A DNA stretch of 64,000 bases from assembly GCA_963790205.1 (NCBI GenBank), contig CAWBNQ010000003.1:864001-928000 (forward strand), given 5' to 3'. Source of the stretch: Nitrospirota bacterium (GTDB taxonomy: Bacteria; Nitrospirota; UBA9217). This document shows positions 37,462 through 48,562 of the stretch, piece after piece (positions within the stretch are counted from its first letter, which is position 1; the number at the start of each line of letters is the position of its first letter). The notes under the pieces were generated by a model, which did no database searches, was not told the origin of the DNA, and was given only the letters and a program-made list of their open reading frames with translations. The position numbers and the translations under genes are program-made.

Positions 37462-40400
37462 CTATTTGCCGTCGGGACTTTTACTATTTTCATCATTCAC
37501 TTCAAACCTTCCGTACTTCAGTGCAAGAATCGGGAGCACCAGAAGATTGAGCGCCGTAGAGGTCACAAGACCGCCGAGTATGACGAGGGCCATGGGACCT
37601 TCGATCTCGCGGCCCGGCGCTTCGCTGCCGATAGCGAGAGGGAGCAGTCCCAAAGCCGTGACGAGAGCAGTCATAAGAATGGGCGCGAGCCGTTCCCGCG
37701 CGCCGCGCTCCGCTGCTTCGGGTCCCCAGGTCATGCCTTCTGCCGTCACCAGGTGCTCATAGTGCGAGACCATCATGATGGAATTTCGCAGGGTGATGCC
37801 GAAGAGCGTGACAAAGCCGATCATCGAGCCGAGGGACACCATGCCGCCGGAGCCGAATACTGCAAGCACTCCCCCGACAAGGGCAAAGGGAAGGTTCGCC
37901 AACGTGAGCAGCAGGCCCCGGCCGCTGCCGATGACGATTGACAGGAGCAGTAGGATCCCCGTCCCTGCCAGAAGGGAATGCATGACGAGTTCCCGCGTGG
38001 ACCGGGTTTGGGCCGCCGCTGTGCCGGTGAATTCCAGATAGTTCCCTGCGGGCAGGACGACCCCGGCAGCGATCTTTCTTTTCGCCTCGTCCGTAAAGGA
38101 ACTGACGCTTCGTCCCGTCACATTGCACGTCACGGTCTGGACGCGCCGCGCACCCTGATGCAGGACCACGTACCGGCCCGAAGTCTCCCGGACGTCGGCC
38201 AGCTCCCGCAACCGCACGTACATGCCCGCGGGATTGCGCAAGGGGAGAGCGCCCACGTCCGCGATGGTCCGGCGCTCACGAGGGTCAAGGATTACAGAGA
38301 CGTCGAAGACCCGGTTCCCTTCGTACACCTGGCCGACGATGTCGCCCTCGTATGCGGTGCGTACGGCATCCAGGACCTGGACCGGGTCGAAACCCCAGTA
38401 ATCGAGCCTCTCTTTTTTCAGACGCACGGTGAGCTGCGGTGTGCCGGGCGGGGACTGGACCCTGAGATCGACGATCCCGGACAGTGTGCCGAGCACCCGG
38501 GCGACCTCCCGGGCCTTTTTGTCCAGAAGGTCGAGATCATTCCCGAAGATGTTGATGACCACCGCAGCCGAATATCCGGAGAGCGTTTCTTCGACCCGTT
38601 CCGTAAGAAACGTGTTGACGGAAAAATCGGCGCCGACGAACCGGGACAGCGCACGCCGGATCTGGGCCTGGGCGAGATCGGCCTGGTTCCCGCTGAGCGG
38701 CTTGAGATCCACCTCGAACTCGCTGTCCTGGGTCCCGAGAATATCATCGGCCGTCTCGGCCCTTCCCGTCCGCTGGGCAACTGAGCGGACGGCGGGTATT
38801 TTTAAAAGCTCGGCAGTCACCCTGCGTCCGATCTGCATCGATTCCGCAAGCGAGGTCCCGGGGACGGCGGACATATGAACGATGAAGTGTCCTTCCTTCA
38901 GCTCCGGCAGGAAGCTGCCGCTGAAAAAGGGGATTGCCGAGATTCCCGCCGCAGCCAGAAGCACCACGCCAAGAATGGTTGGGCGCGGTCGGCGAAACAG
39001 GCCCTGAAGGAGAGCTCCGTAGCGCGCCTGGAGCCAGTGCGCCAGCGGCGGTTCCCGGAACTCCCGGCCGCGCAGGAGTGCCAGACACATTGCCGGCGTT
39101 ACCGTCAAAGCTACGAGCAGTGAAGCGAGCGTGGCGAGGATGAAGGCAATGCCCAGCGGTGCGAAAAGCCTGCCCGCGAGCCCGGACATGGTCAACACGG
39201 GAACGAAGACCAGCGCCACCGCCAGGCTTGCGTAGGCAACGGCGTGCCGTACCTCAAGGGAGGCATCGAGCACGACCTGGATCGCCGGCAGGGGATTCCG
39301 GAGGGCACGGTTCTCGCGAAGGCGCCTCAGGATGTTTTCCACGTCGATAACGGCGTCATCCACGACGATTCCTACTGCAATTGCCAGCCCTCCCAGGGTC
39401 ATGGTGTTGAGGGACATGCCCAGCCGTTCCAGGACCGATACCGCCGCGAGCAATGACAGAGGAATGGCGACTACGGAGATGGCCGCCGTGCGGAGGTTAA
39501 AGAGAAAGAGCGCCAGTATTATAACCACCAGGACCGTTCCGATGAGCAGTGACGACCGTATATTGCCGATGGCCGTCTCGATGAAGTTCGCGGGCCTGAA
39601 GATGTTCGGGTGGATGGCCACACCCTGTGCGTTCAGCGCGGGGCGGAGCTCTTCCAGGGCCTGATCGATCTTCTCCGTTACTTCCCGGGTGTTTGCTCCG
39701 TACTGCGCCGAGATCATGAAGATGACGCCGGGTTGACCCATGATCTCAGCGGCGCCGATGGGCGGCTCCGGCGCCTCCGTCACTTCGGCCACATCCCCAA
39801 GGGTCACGTTCACGCTCACGTCGGCGCCGCTTCCCCGGATTAAAGCGGTCCCGGCAAGCTCCGCCGCGGTCAGGGACTGCGCCTGGGTCTGAAGCACGAT
39901 CCTCTGGTTGACGCTGTCGATAAAGCCTGCTCCACGTATGCCGGTGGCCCGACGCGCGGCATCGAGCACGTCAGCGAGCGCAAGGCCGTACTCTACCAGC
40001 TTCCGCGGTCGAAACCGTATCTGAAACTGCTTCACCTCGCCGCCGAAGACTGCTGCCTTCGCTACACCCGGCACGGCAAGAAGCCGCTGTTTTACGGTCC
40101 AATCGGCGATGGTCCTGAGCGCCATGAGTGAAAGCCGGTCGGAGGTCAGTCCCACCGCCAGAACGATGCTCGTGGAACTGGTCAGCGGAGTCATGACCGG
40201 AGCCTGCACTTCCCGCGGCAATTGGCCTGCGAGCGTCGTCAGCCGCTCGGCAACCATCTGGCGATCAAGGTAGATGTCCGTGTCGGGACGGAACGTGATC
40301 GTGATGAATGACAGGCCCTGGATCGACCCGGAGCGGAGGGACTCGATTCCTGCCACACCGTTCACGGCATTTTCGATCGGCTTGGTGACGAGGACCTCGA

Positions 40401-40581
40401 CCTGTTCGGAAGAAAGTCCCGGGGCCTCGGTCTGGATCACCACCTGGGGCGGCGCAAACTCGGGAAACACGTCGTACTTGGCCCGCGAGAGCGAATAGAT
40501 CCCGTAGCCGGCGAGTATGAAGGCCAGGGCGATGATCACGCCCCGAAAGCGGAGCGCAAACCGGACAATTGCAGTCAACAT
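37462..40581 (-). CDS. RND efflux permease (CusA/CzcA-like)
   Basis: DVFPEF, GIVVDDA..DVEN, R.APILMTA, GGL.TST. Confidence 0.92.
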   Translation of the reverse strand: MLTAIVRFALRFRGVIIALAFILAGYGIYSLSRAKYDVFPEFAPPQVVIQTEAPGLSSEQVEVLVTKPIENAVNGVAGIESLRSGSIQGLSFITITFRPDTDIYLDRQMVAERLTTLAGQLPREVQAPVMTPLTSSTSIVLAVGLTSDRLSLMALRTIADWTVKQRLLAVPGVAKAAVFGGEVKQFQIRFRPRKLVEYGLALADVLDAARRATGIRGAGFIDSVNQRIVLQTQAQSLTAAELAGTALIRGSGADVSVNVTLGDVAEVTEAPEPPIGAAEIMGQPGVIFMISAQYGANTREVTEKIDQALEELRPALNAQGVAIHPNIFRPANFIETAIGNIRSSLLIGTVLVVIILALFLFNLRTAAISVVAIPLSLLAAVSVLERLGMSLNTMTLGGLAIAVGIVVDDAVIDVENILRRLRENRALRNPLPAIQVVLDASLEVRHAVAYASLAVALVFVPVLTMSGLAGRLFAPLGIAFILATLASLLVALTVTPAMCLALLRGREFREPPLAHWLQARYGALLQGLFRRPRPTILGVVLLAAAGISAIPFFSGSFLPELKEGHFIVHMSAVPGTSLAESMQIGRRVTAELLKIPAVRSVAQRTGRAETADDILGTQDSEFEVDLKPLSGNQADLAQAQIRRALSRFVGADFSVNTFLTERVEETLSGYSAAVVINIFGNDLDLLDKKAREVARVLGTLSGIVDLRVQSPPGTPQLTVRLKKERLDYWGFDPVQVLDAVRTAYEGDIVGQVYEGNRVFDVSVILDPRERRTIADVGALPLRNPAGMYVRLRELADVRETSGRYVVLHQGARRVQTVTCNVTGRSVSSFTDEAKRKIAAGVVLPAGNYLEFTGTAAAQTRSTRELVMHSLLAGTGILLLLSIVIGSGRGLLLTLANLPFALVGGVLAVFGSGGMVSLGSMIGFVTLFGITLRNSIMMVSHYEHLVTAEGMTWGPEAAERGARERLAPILMTALVTALGLLPLAIGSEAPGREIEGPMALVILGGLVTSTALNLLVLPILALKYGRFEVNDENSKSPDGK

Positions 40582-40685
40582 GCTGTTATCCCTGTTCTTG
40601 GTATTATCCAGATCTCTTATCGCTGAGAAGCGCGAAGTGAAGAGCGGTTTAAATCCCGAACTATGTCAGCGTCCGCAGCTTCTCG

Positions 40686-41210
40686 TTAATCACTGATCCG
40701 GATCTGTGACCGGAATTCCTCGGATAGTAACAGTTGTGCTCCCTCCACCGCCACCCGGTCGCCGGCTGAAAAGTTCTTCATTACGAGCCAGCCTTCCCCC
40801 GTTCGATGCTTCTGAGAGACCTTGTGTCGGACAAATCGGTCCGGGCCTTCCTGTACGTAGGCCCAGGCCTTGCCTTCCAGCCAGACTACGGCGGAGTCGG
40901 GCACGATGGCCCCGGATATCCGCTCCTGTCCCGGATAGGGGGCCTCACCATATCCGGGCTCCTTTTTTCCGATGAAGCCGGGAGCGAGGGCTTTGGTAAC
41001 AATGCCGTTTAACCTCTGCGTTGCCTTATCCAGACGGATCACGGTCTCGCCGTGTGAAACAGAAACGCGGGAGGCGGCGCTGACGGGCCGCTCGCCTTCC
41101 TGTTCCACGGCCATTTCCTTTTTTCCCTGGAGAAAGGACCAGACCAGGAAACCGATTACGGCGCAGAGTGCGAGCACCGTTGCGATGGTGTTCAGCCGGG
41201 AAAGTCTCAT
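40686..41210 (-). CDS. Unusually short membrane fusion protein-like gene
   Basis: N-terminal TM anchor; C-terminal VP.SAVV...AYV...GDRVAVEGAQLL typical of MFP membrane-proximal region; between OMF and RND genes. Confidence 0.7.
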   Translation of the reverse strand: MRLSRLNTIATVLALCAVIGFLVWSFLQGKKEMAVEQEGERPVSAASRVSVSHGETVIRLDKATQRLNGIVTKALAPGFIGKKEPGYGEAPYPGQERISGAIVPDSAVVWLEGKAWAYVQEGPDRFVRHKVSQKHRTGEGWLVMKNFSAGDRVAVEGAQLLLSEEFRSQIRISD

Positions 41211-42622
41211 GGCTCCCTCCCTTGTTCCGGCCGCGGATTCTCTTCTTGCGTTGTCGGGGCCGGGCCCGGCTGATCCAGTGGACGCCGGAGAGCGTCCTGC
41301 AGCAATCCCAGGGCCTGCTGCGCCTTGACAAGCGCGTCCAGGTGCGAAAGCTCGGCGGAGATGAGGGAGACCTCGGCGCTCACCAGGGTGAAACGGGAGG
41401 CCTCACCGGGCCTGAGCCTAAGCCGCAGGGTCTTTTGTCGGGCGCGTTCGGCATCGAGAAGGTCTCGGGCGGTCTCGAAGGTTTTTTGCGCGGCCCCATA
41501 GCCGGCGAAAGTGCGGTCGATCTCGTTGATGACGTTCGCCTGAAGCGCAGTAAAGCCGGCTGCGGCCTGCTGCCTTCGAGCTTCGGCCTCGGCGATAGGG
41601 CCCTTGTTGCGGTTGAATACCGGCAGGGTCAGAGACAGCCCGATGGACCACTTGTTCTCCCCCTGGTCCCAGGTATAGCCGGGGCCTGCCTGGATATCGG
41701 GGTACTGTTTGGCAATTTCAAGCTGGAGTGCCGACTGGCTTGCAGCGTATTCGGCGAGGCTGGACAGGATATCAGGACGGTTCAATAGTGCCTGTCTCCG
41801 TGCCTCCTCTCCCGGCAAATCCTTAAGAAGGACGGCGATAAAATCGAAGTCAAGGTCGATGCCCGCCAGCGCGCGGACCGGAAGACCGAGACTCGCTGCA
41901 AGCTCTCCATATGCCTCGGTTTCCTGCTTTTTTGCCTCATCCAGGGCGAGACGGGCCCGGTCCCGGGCAATGCGCGCCTCGGTCACGATGGGCAGGCTGA
42001 TCATGCCCGAGGAGAAGCGCTGCTCAAGCATTCGCGTAAACGTGTCCCGGACTTCGAGCTGTTTTTTGAGCAGGGCTTCCCGCTGCTTGGCGGCGTAGAG
42101 GCTGATGAGGCTTTGGCGCACACGGCTGCGCACCAGCCAGGCGGCATTCGCGATTTGAAGACGCGCCGCCTCGGAAAGCGCGCCTGCACGGGCGATGCGG
42201 TACCCTCGCTTGCCCGCGGTCTCGACGGGGACGGTGAAATTGAGCCCCAAGGTCCAGGGAGAAAAGCCGGCAGCCGGATTGGCATCGTACTGGAACAGGG
42301 TCCCCAGATTCGGATTGGGGCGAGCTCCTGCGGTGATCACTCCCGCTCTGGCAACAGCCCACTCCGCGCGCGCCACGTCCATGTCCGGATGGTAATAAAG
42401 AGCCGCGAGGGTGAGCATGATGAAATCCCAGGATTTCGGAGGAAAAGGCGCAATCTCTTTTCGGAGATTCTTCTCCATGAACCCTTTGAGATCCCGATTG
42501 TCCAGCGTGCGGGCCTCAAAAACAGAGATCGTACCGGCAGGCTCGATTGGTTTCGGATGAAAGGACGCGCATCCCGCCACGATCAATAAAAACAGTGCGC
42601 CGCCGAAATGTCTTTTCAGCAT
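41207..42622 (-). CDS. TolC-family outer membrane factor lipoprotein
   Basis: Lipobox VAGC, ETAGKR, LPVFNRN.G.I..AEA. Confidence 0.9.
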   Translation of the reverse strand: MLKRHFGGALFLLIVAGCASFHPKPIEPAGTISVFEARTLDNRDLKGFMEKNLRKEIAPFPPKSWDFIMLTLAALYYHPDMDVARAEWAVARAGVITAGARPNPNLGTLFQYDANPAAGFSPWTLGLNFTVPVETAGKRGYRIARAGALSEAARLQIANAAWLVRSRVRQSLISLYAAKQREALLKKQLEVRDTFTRMLEQRFSSGMISLPIVTEARIARDRARLALDEAKKQETEAYGELAASLGLPVRALAGIDLDFDFIAVLLKDLPGEEARRQALLNRPDILSSLAEYAASQSALQLEIAKQYPDIQAGPGYTWDQGENKWSIGLSLTLPVFNRNKGPIAEAEARRQQAAAGFTALQANVINEIDRTFAGYGAAQKTFETARDLLDAERARQKTLRLRLRPGEASRFTLVSAEVSLISAELSHLDALVKAQQALGLLQDALRRPLDQPGPAPTTQEENPRPEQGREP

Positions 42623-43047
42623 TTCAGATCTCCTTCGGATTGATTCCGTAGAGAGTTTGCGCGTGAATACATGCAGAAACGGTTCCGGATAGCCTTATTT
42701 CTGGTCCTTTTTCGAGAGCCGAAAGCGACAGAAAGGTCCCATACTGCGCCGTTGCTCGTGCACAACGTTTGAGCGACATCGTCCGGTGTGCTCTCACCGA
42801 AGATCGGTCGTACGAAGAACGATCGTTTAGGGTGGCAGGAAAACGATGCAATTCACATAACCCGGCTTTGTCTGATAACACTATCAATTGATGAATGTAC
42901 TCTTTACGAAGCCCTTAGCTGTGAGCAGACTTCGGTAAGTACTTTTTGCCAAGCAGGCATATCGTACTCCGAGATTTCAAACAGCATTTTCAATCGGTCA
43001 TCGTGCAAGAAGAGAGCATAATTTTGTGCCAAAGCAGGCGGAATGGT

Positions 43048-44139
43048 TTATTTTTTTCGGTAGAACGGCAGCTCGACGATCTTGGCGGCGATCTCCCGGT
43101 CCTTGACCTCGATCTCGATTTCCTGTCCCGGCTGCGAGTACCTGCTCACGACGTAGCCGAGGCCGATCCCGTTCCGAAGGTAGGGGGAGTGGCCGCCGCT
43201 GGTAACGACGCCGATCTCGCGGTTTTCCGAGAAGATGCTGCCCCCGGTCTTCGGCACGCCCTTGTCGAGGAGCACGAACCCCGCGAGTTTCTGTTTTATG
43301 CCCTCAGCCTTCTGTTTCAACAATGCGTCCCTGCCGATGAAGTCCTTCTTAAGATCGACAAAGGCCTCGAGTCCTGTTTCAAGGGGAGTGTGCGTCTCGT
43401 CTACATCGCTTCCGTAGAGGAGATATCCCATTTCCAATCGCAGGGTGTCCCGGCAGGCAAGTCCGCAGGGGAGGAGACCCGATCCGCGTCCGGCATTCAG
43501 GAGCGCCTCCCAGAAAGCCTCTGCGCGGTCCGCGGGGAGGAAGAACTCGTAACCATGCTCTCCGGTGTAGCCGGTCCGGAAAACCAGCACGGGAATGCCG
43601 AGGACGGTCAACTCTCTCATGGACCTCACTTTTATCTTTTTGAGTCGGACCTCTGCAAGTTTTTCGAGGATCGGGAACGACTGGGGGCCCTGGAGGGAAA
43701 GGTGGGCGGTGCTTTCCGTCACGTCCGATATTTGCACCTGCGCGGAGGCATGCTGCGTGAGCCAGAGCAGGATCTTTTCGGCGTTCAGCGCGTTGGTTGA
43801 AAGGATGTAGCGGTTGCCTGCCTGCTCTTCAGGGAGACGGAAGAGGACCGTGTCATCGAGGATGAAGCCTGATTCGTTGCAGATGAATCCGTAGTGCGCC
43901 GACCCTGCCGCCATTTTCCCCGTGTTCCGGGTAAATACGCTCTGAAGGAAGGCGGCCGCTCCCTGGCCGGAGATCTCGATGCGTCCGAGGGAGCTGATAT
44001 CGAACAGGCCCGCGGCCGTTCGCACCGCATGGTACTCGTCCATCGCATCGGTATACTGGAGCGGGACCTGCCACCCCTGGAAGTCCGTCATTTTCGCTTT
44101 TAGCTGGATATGCTTTTGATGGAGAACGGTCTGTTTCAT
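43048..44139 (-). CDS. gcvT: Glycine cleavage T aminomethyltransferase
   Basis: FQGW..P..Y, RTGYTGE.GYE, CGL..RDTLRLE.G, G.VTSG. Confidence 0.9.
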   Translation of the reverse strand: MKQTVLHQKHIQLKAKMTDFQGWQVPLQYTDAMDEYHAVRTAAGLFDISSLGRIEISGQGAAAFLQSVFTRNTGKMAAGSAHYGFICNESGFILDDTVLFRLPEEQAGNRYILSTNALNAEKILLWLTQHASAQVQISDVTESTAHLSLQGPQSFPILEKLAEVRLKKIKVRSMRELTVLGIPVLVFRTGYTGEHGYEFFLPADRAEAFWEALLNAGRGSGLLPCGLACRDTLRLEMGYLLYGSDVDETHTPLETGLEAFVDLKKDFIGRDALLKQKAEGIKQKLAGFVLLDKGVPKTGGSIFSENREIGVVTSGGHSPYLRNGIGLGYVVSRYSQPGQEIEIEVKDREIAAKIVELPFYRKK

Positions 44140-44235
44140 GCAGCCCTCCTCATAGCAACGAGAGTACGGGGTACAGAGTCCTTAGTCCAAAAAGTTTCTT
44201 AAAATGGGCGGCTCATGCAGGTTGACGCGGTGACG

Positions 44236-45297
44236 CTACTTTATTCTGATTTTTTCAGGGTCGGTCTTGCCGTCGGCAAGTTTGTGGATGTCCTTCGGGT
44301 GGAACGCGCCCTTTTCGGTGATAATGGCGGTAATGTAGCGGGCGGGCGTTACGTCGAATGCCGGGTTGGCGACTTTTACTCCGTCCGGAGCTATCTGCAC
44401 TTTTCCGAACACATGGGTGACCTCGCGGGGATCACGCTCCTCGATGGGGATCAGGAAACCCGATTCCATCTTGAAATCGACGGTGGAAAGCGGGGCCGCC
44501 ACATAGAAGGGGATGCCGTGCTCTTTGCAGAGGACGGCGAGACTATACGTGCCGATCTTGTTGGCAACGTCGCCGTTTGCGGCGATGCGGTCCGCACCGA
44601 CGATCGCGAGGTCGACCATATCGTGGTACATGAAGTAACCGGCCATATTGTCGGTTATCAGGGTGCAGGGAATATTTTCCTGCATGAGTTCCCAGGCCGT
44701 CAGGCGCGCGCCCTGGAGCACGGGGCGCGTCTCGTCGACGTAGACATGGATCTTTTTGCCCGCCTCTACAGCCGCGCGCATGACGCCTTCCGCGGTCCCG
44801 TAGCCCGCCGTGGCGATCGCGCCCGCGTTGCAATGGGTGATGATGTTGTCCTCGCTGGACACGAACACGGCCCCATAGCCGCCGAGCTTCTTATTGGTCG
44901 CGATGTCCTCGTCCAGCATGCGCTGGGATTCCTCGACGAGGAGATTCCGGATGTCGTCGAGGGCCCGGTCTTTGTGGTCCTGCGCGAACTTCTTGATCCG
45001 CTCGATGGCCCAGAAGAGGTTCACCGCCGTTGGCCTTGTCGCTGCCATGGAGGCGCAGATCTCCTCGAACCCGGGCCAGAATTCGTCGAAGGTAGATGCC
45101 GGGACCTGTCGCGCGCCGAGGGCGAGCCCCATGGCGGCGGAGACCCCGATCGCGGGCGCGCCGCGCACCCATAGCTCTTTAATGCCGCGCGCCACGGTCT
45201 GATAATCTTTGCAGTCATTGTAGACGACTTCAAGCGGCAGTTTTGTCTGATCCAGCATCCGAACGATGCCGTCTTTCCATTCGACGGTCGGGATCAT
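44236..45297 (-). CDS. mtnA: S-methyl-5-thioribose-1-phosphate isomerase
   Basis: [44 protein letters not shown]. Confidence 0.95.
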   Translation of the reverse strand: MIPTVEWKDGIVRMLDQTKLPLEVVYNDCKDYQTVARGIKELWVRGAPAIGVSAAMGLALGARQVPASTFDEFWPGFEEICASMAATRPTAVNLFWAIERIKKFAQDHKDRALDDIRNLLVEESQRMLDEDIATNKKLGGYGAVFVSSEDNIITHCNAGAIATAGYGTAEGVMRAAVEAGKKIHVYVDETRPVLQGARLTAWELMQENIPCTLITDNMAGYFMYHDMVDLAIVGADRIAANGDVANKIGTYSLAVLCKEHGIPFYVAAPLSTVDFKMESGFLIPIEERDPREVTHVFGKVQIAPDGVKVANPAFDVTPARYITAIITEKGAFHPKDIHKLADGKTDPEKIRIK

Positions 45298-45350
45298 GCG
45301 GGTCTCCTTAGGGGTTGGCGGTTGTAAAAGGCGAGCAAATTCTTTCTTTA

Positions 45351-45379
45351 AATATAATGGAACGGATGTTGATTGTCAA
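45351..45379 (-). promoter_or_regulatory. Sigma70-type promoter for mtnA-gcvT
   Basis: TTGACA-N17-TATATT on minus strand. Confidence 0.6.
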
Positions 45380-45454
45380 AAAGAATTTAAAGGTTTTTCA
45401 GGCAAATAGCCTGTTTGGGCGGGTTTCCGTGACGCAGCAAAGCGGGCCGGGCGA

Positions 45455-46366
45455 TCAATTGGCTTTGCATGATTGTACGGCAAGCGCGCCGCTGCGGCCG
45501 TCGATCGTTCCGGGGGTCAGATCGCACACGGGAATGCTTTCCGGGTTCTTTAAAAGTTCTCGCGCCAGGTCGTCCAGTTTTACGACCCGCATTGATTGCG
45601 TTTTCATTTGTGTCAGGAAGGATTCGAAGTAGGAAAGCTGCCGCATGCCCTCAAGCTCGGCATGGATGGTGAGCACGTTCAGCTTGCCGGGGAGCACGAG
45701 GGAACGATAATGGTCCGCGATGCGCGCAACGGGATATTCAGGCCTTCCCAGCAGCTCGTCGAGCGTCGGGAGCGTGGTCGGTATCTGCAGGGTCTTATAC
45801 ACGACGCCTTCCACACGGGGGAAAAAGGGGTGCGTCCCGCGGCAGTCGCTCGCGTAGCGCAGGTCCGCCTCGTCATAGGCCGCAAGGCTGAAGCCGTTCG
45901 CCTGCCAGCCCGCTGATCCGGCGGTCTTTGCAGGGGTCCTGAAAATGCGCTCGAACTCTTTTCGCGCTTTGCCGAATTCGATAAACACTTCGTCGCGTGT
46001 CATGCTTGCGAGCCCGTCCTGCCAGCGGATGTGATCGTAGCAGTGGATGCCGACCTCGTGGCCCTTGTCGCGCGCCATGCGCATCACACCTTCGTTCCGG
46101 CGGCCCACGTGCGGACCGGGGAGCAGGACCCCGTTCAGGAGCGTGCGGACCCCGTAAGTGGATACCACGCTGGTACGGCTCACCTTGCTCAGGAATCCGG
46201 GACGAAAGATACGCTTGATGGCGCGGCCGGTATTGTCCGGTCCGAGGGAAAAGAGAAAAGTAGCCGGCACCGCGAACTCGTCGAAAAGAGCAACGAGATT
46301 CGGCACGCCGATACGCGTGCCCCGGTCGGTGTCAACGTCCACTTTAATGGCGAGGGTGGTTTGCAT
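45455..46366 (-). CDS. arnD: ArnD-like deformylase (polysaccharide deacetylase family)
   Basis: KVDVDT.RGT, GPDNTG, H.YDH..WQD, TLPTLDE, HAELEG; last gene of arn operon. Confidence 0.85.
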   Translation of the reverse strand: MQTTLAIKVDVDTDRGTRIGVPNLVALFDEFAVPATFLFSLGPDNTGRAIKRIFRPGFLSKVSRTSVVSTYGVRTLLNGVLLPGPHVGRRNEGVMRMARDKGHEVGIHCYDHIRWQDGLASMTRDEVFIEFGKARKEFERIFRTPAKTAGSAGWQANGFSLAAYDEADLRYASDCRGTHPFFPRVEGVVYKTLQIPTTLPTLDELLGRPEYPVARIADHYRSLVLPGKLNVLTIHAELEGMRQLSYFESFLTQMKTQSMRVVKLDDLARELLKNPESIPVCDLTPGTIDGRSGALAVQSCKAN

Positions 46367-46481
46367 AGTTCGTAGTCAGGAGTTCGTAGTCCAGAGCCCG
46401 GAGTGCGGAGTCCGGAGCGCAGGGTCGTTCGCAGCGCAGCATAGGGTTTTACTACGAACTCCAGCTCTACACTCCCAACTG
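46367..46481. repeat. Inverted heptamer-array element (AGTNCGG / ACTNCAG type)
   Basis: agttcgt agtcagg agttcgt agtccag agcccgg agtgcgg agtccgg ... actacga actccag. Confidence 0.8.
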
Positions 46482-46484
46482 TAT

Positions 46485-47527
46485 TTAAACGTCCAGTTCC
46501 TTTGACGGCCTGCCGAGATGATAGTCGAGGGTCTTCCGGAGCGCGGTCTTGAGGTCTGTGGTCGGTTTCCAGCCGAGGTACTTTGCGGCGTTCTCGACGG
46601 ACGGTACGCGGGTCAGGATGTCCTGGTATCCTTCACCGTAGTACTCTTTGGATTGCACGTTCACGAGCTTGACGCTTTCGGCGAGCTTCGCGTACTTCGG
46701 ATAGGTCTTGATGAGGGCGATCAGCGTCTCCGCCAGTTCCCGGATCGACATGTCGTTGGCGGGATTGCCGATATTGAAGATGCGGCCATCCGCGGCAGTT
46801 GTCCCTGTTCTCGATGATGCGGATGAGCGCATCGATGCCGTCGTCGATATAGGTGAAGCTCCGCCGCTGGGCCCCGCCGTCCACGAGCTGGATGTCCTTG
46901 CCGCGCAGGATATTGCCGATGAATTGGGTGAGCACGCGCGAGCTGCCTTCCTTGGGCTCCAGGATGTTGTCGAGCTTGGGGCCGATCCAGTTGAAAGGAC
47001 GGAAGAGGGTGTACCTGAGCCCCTCCTTCATGCCGTAGGCGTGGATCACGCGGTCCATGAGCTGCTTGGAACAGGAATAGATCCAGCGCGGCTTGTTGAT
47101 CGGGCCGAGCACGAGGTTCGACGTCTCTTCGTTGAACTCGCGGTCCGCGCTCATGCCGTAGACCTCGGACGTGGACGGGAAGAGCACTCGTCTTTTTGTA
47201 CCGTACGCATTGCCGCACGATCTCGAGGTTGGCCTCGAAGTCGAGCTCGAAAACGCGCAGGGGGTCCAGGACATAGGTCGCCGGCGTCGCGATGGCCACC
47301 AGAGGAAGGACCACGTCGCATTTCTTGACGTGATACTCGATCCATTCCCGGTTGATGGTGATGTCGCCCTCGACAAAATGAAAGCGTTCATGCCCCAGGC
47401 ACTGGTCGAGTTTGTCTGCGGCCATGTCCATGCCATAGACCTCCCAGTCCTTGTGCTTGAGGATATACTCGGTCAGGCTGTTCCCGATAAAGCCGTTTAC
47501 GCCGAGGATCAAAACTTTCAGACTCAT
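46485..47527 (-). pseudogene. UDP-glucuronate oxidase/decarboxylase (ArnA C-terminal-domain-like), two apparent frameshifts
   Basis: [35 protein letters not shown] across three frames; breaks near 47195 and 46795. Confidence 0.85.
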
Positions 47528-47560
47528 GGTTGTTCTCTCCATTTTTGGTTGATACGTGCG

Positions 47561-47612
47561 GTCATTCCGGGTTTGCAAGCCTGCTCTGCAGGAGTAACGC
47601 AGCGGGAATGAC
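47561..47612. repeat. GTCATTCC...GGAATGAC palindromic element
   Basis: Perfect 8-bp terminal inverted repeat, intergenic. Confidence 0.7.
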
Positions 47613-47638
47613 GAATAAAATGACTTACACTTCGTATT

Positions 47639-48562
47639 CTACGTTCCGAGAACCTGCCCGACTTTCAATCCCGTCGCTTCCGCCGGCGCATCATCTTCAT
47701 CGGCGTCATCCCATTCCATATTGATGATCTCAAGGCTTCCTGAACCCGTTGTCACCAGCAGCGGATCGAGTGAAAGGACCTCTCCCGGTGCTCCCGTTGC
47801 CGGTCCGGCCGGCTTTGCCCACCAGATGAAAAGCCGTTTCCCCCCGACCTCGGTGAAAGCCCCGGGGTAGGGCTCGGTCACGGCGCGGATGAGATTATAT
47901 ATCGTTTCCGCGCTCTCTGTCCAGTCGATTCGGCCGTCTTCGGGTTTGCGGCCGCCGAACGTGGTGGCCAGCGTCTCGTCCTGTTTACGCCGCGGCGCTG
48001 TGCCCTGCGTCAGCGCGGCGAGCTGACGCTCAAGCACGAGGCGCGCTGCCTTCACACATTTGTTGAAAACATCCTGTGAAGTGTCCTCGTATCCGATAGG
48101 GACCGTTTCCTGGTCCACGATGTCGCCGGCATCGGCGCGCTTTACCATATGGTGCAGCGTTACGCCGGTCTCTGTTTCTCCGCTGCAGTACGGCCCAGTT
48201 GATCGGGAGCGCGGCCGCGGTATTTCGGGAGGAGCGAACCGTGCATGTTGAAGGCCCCGAGGCGCGGGATGTTCAGGATCTCCTCCTTGATCATGTTCCG
48301 GTAGTAGAAGGAGAAGATAAGGTCCGGCTCCCATGCTTTGATCCGCTCGATCCATTCCGGGGTGTTTACCGACTCGGGCGCATACACGGGGATGCCGTAG
48401 TGGCGCGCAAGACCGGCCACCGACCGGAACCAGATCTCTTCGCTCCGGGTTGTCCTCATGGGTGATGACGGCGAGTATGTACTCGTCATTCTGGATCAGC
48501 ACATCCAGACACTCATAGCCGACGTCGTGGTACGCGAAAACCAATATGGCGGGTTTACTCAT
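47639..48562 (-). pseudogene. Formyltransferase (ArnA N-terminal-domain-like), frameshifted
   Basis: [33 protein letters not shown]...DAG, PYPGAF across frames. Confidence 0.85.

Noticed and set aside
42624..43040. 87-aa ORF or riboswitch upstream of the TolC-like gene
   Set aside because: No recognisable motifs and atypical composition; cannot be supported
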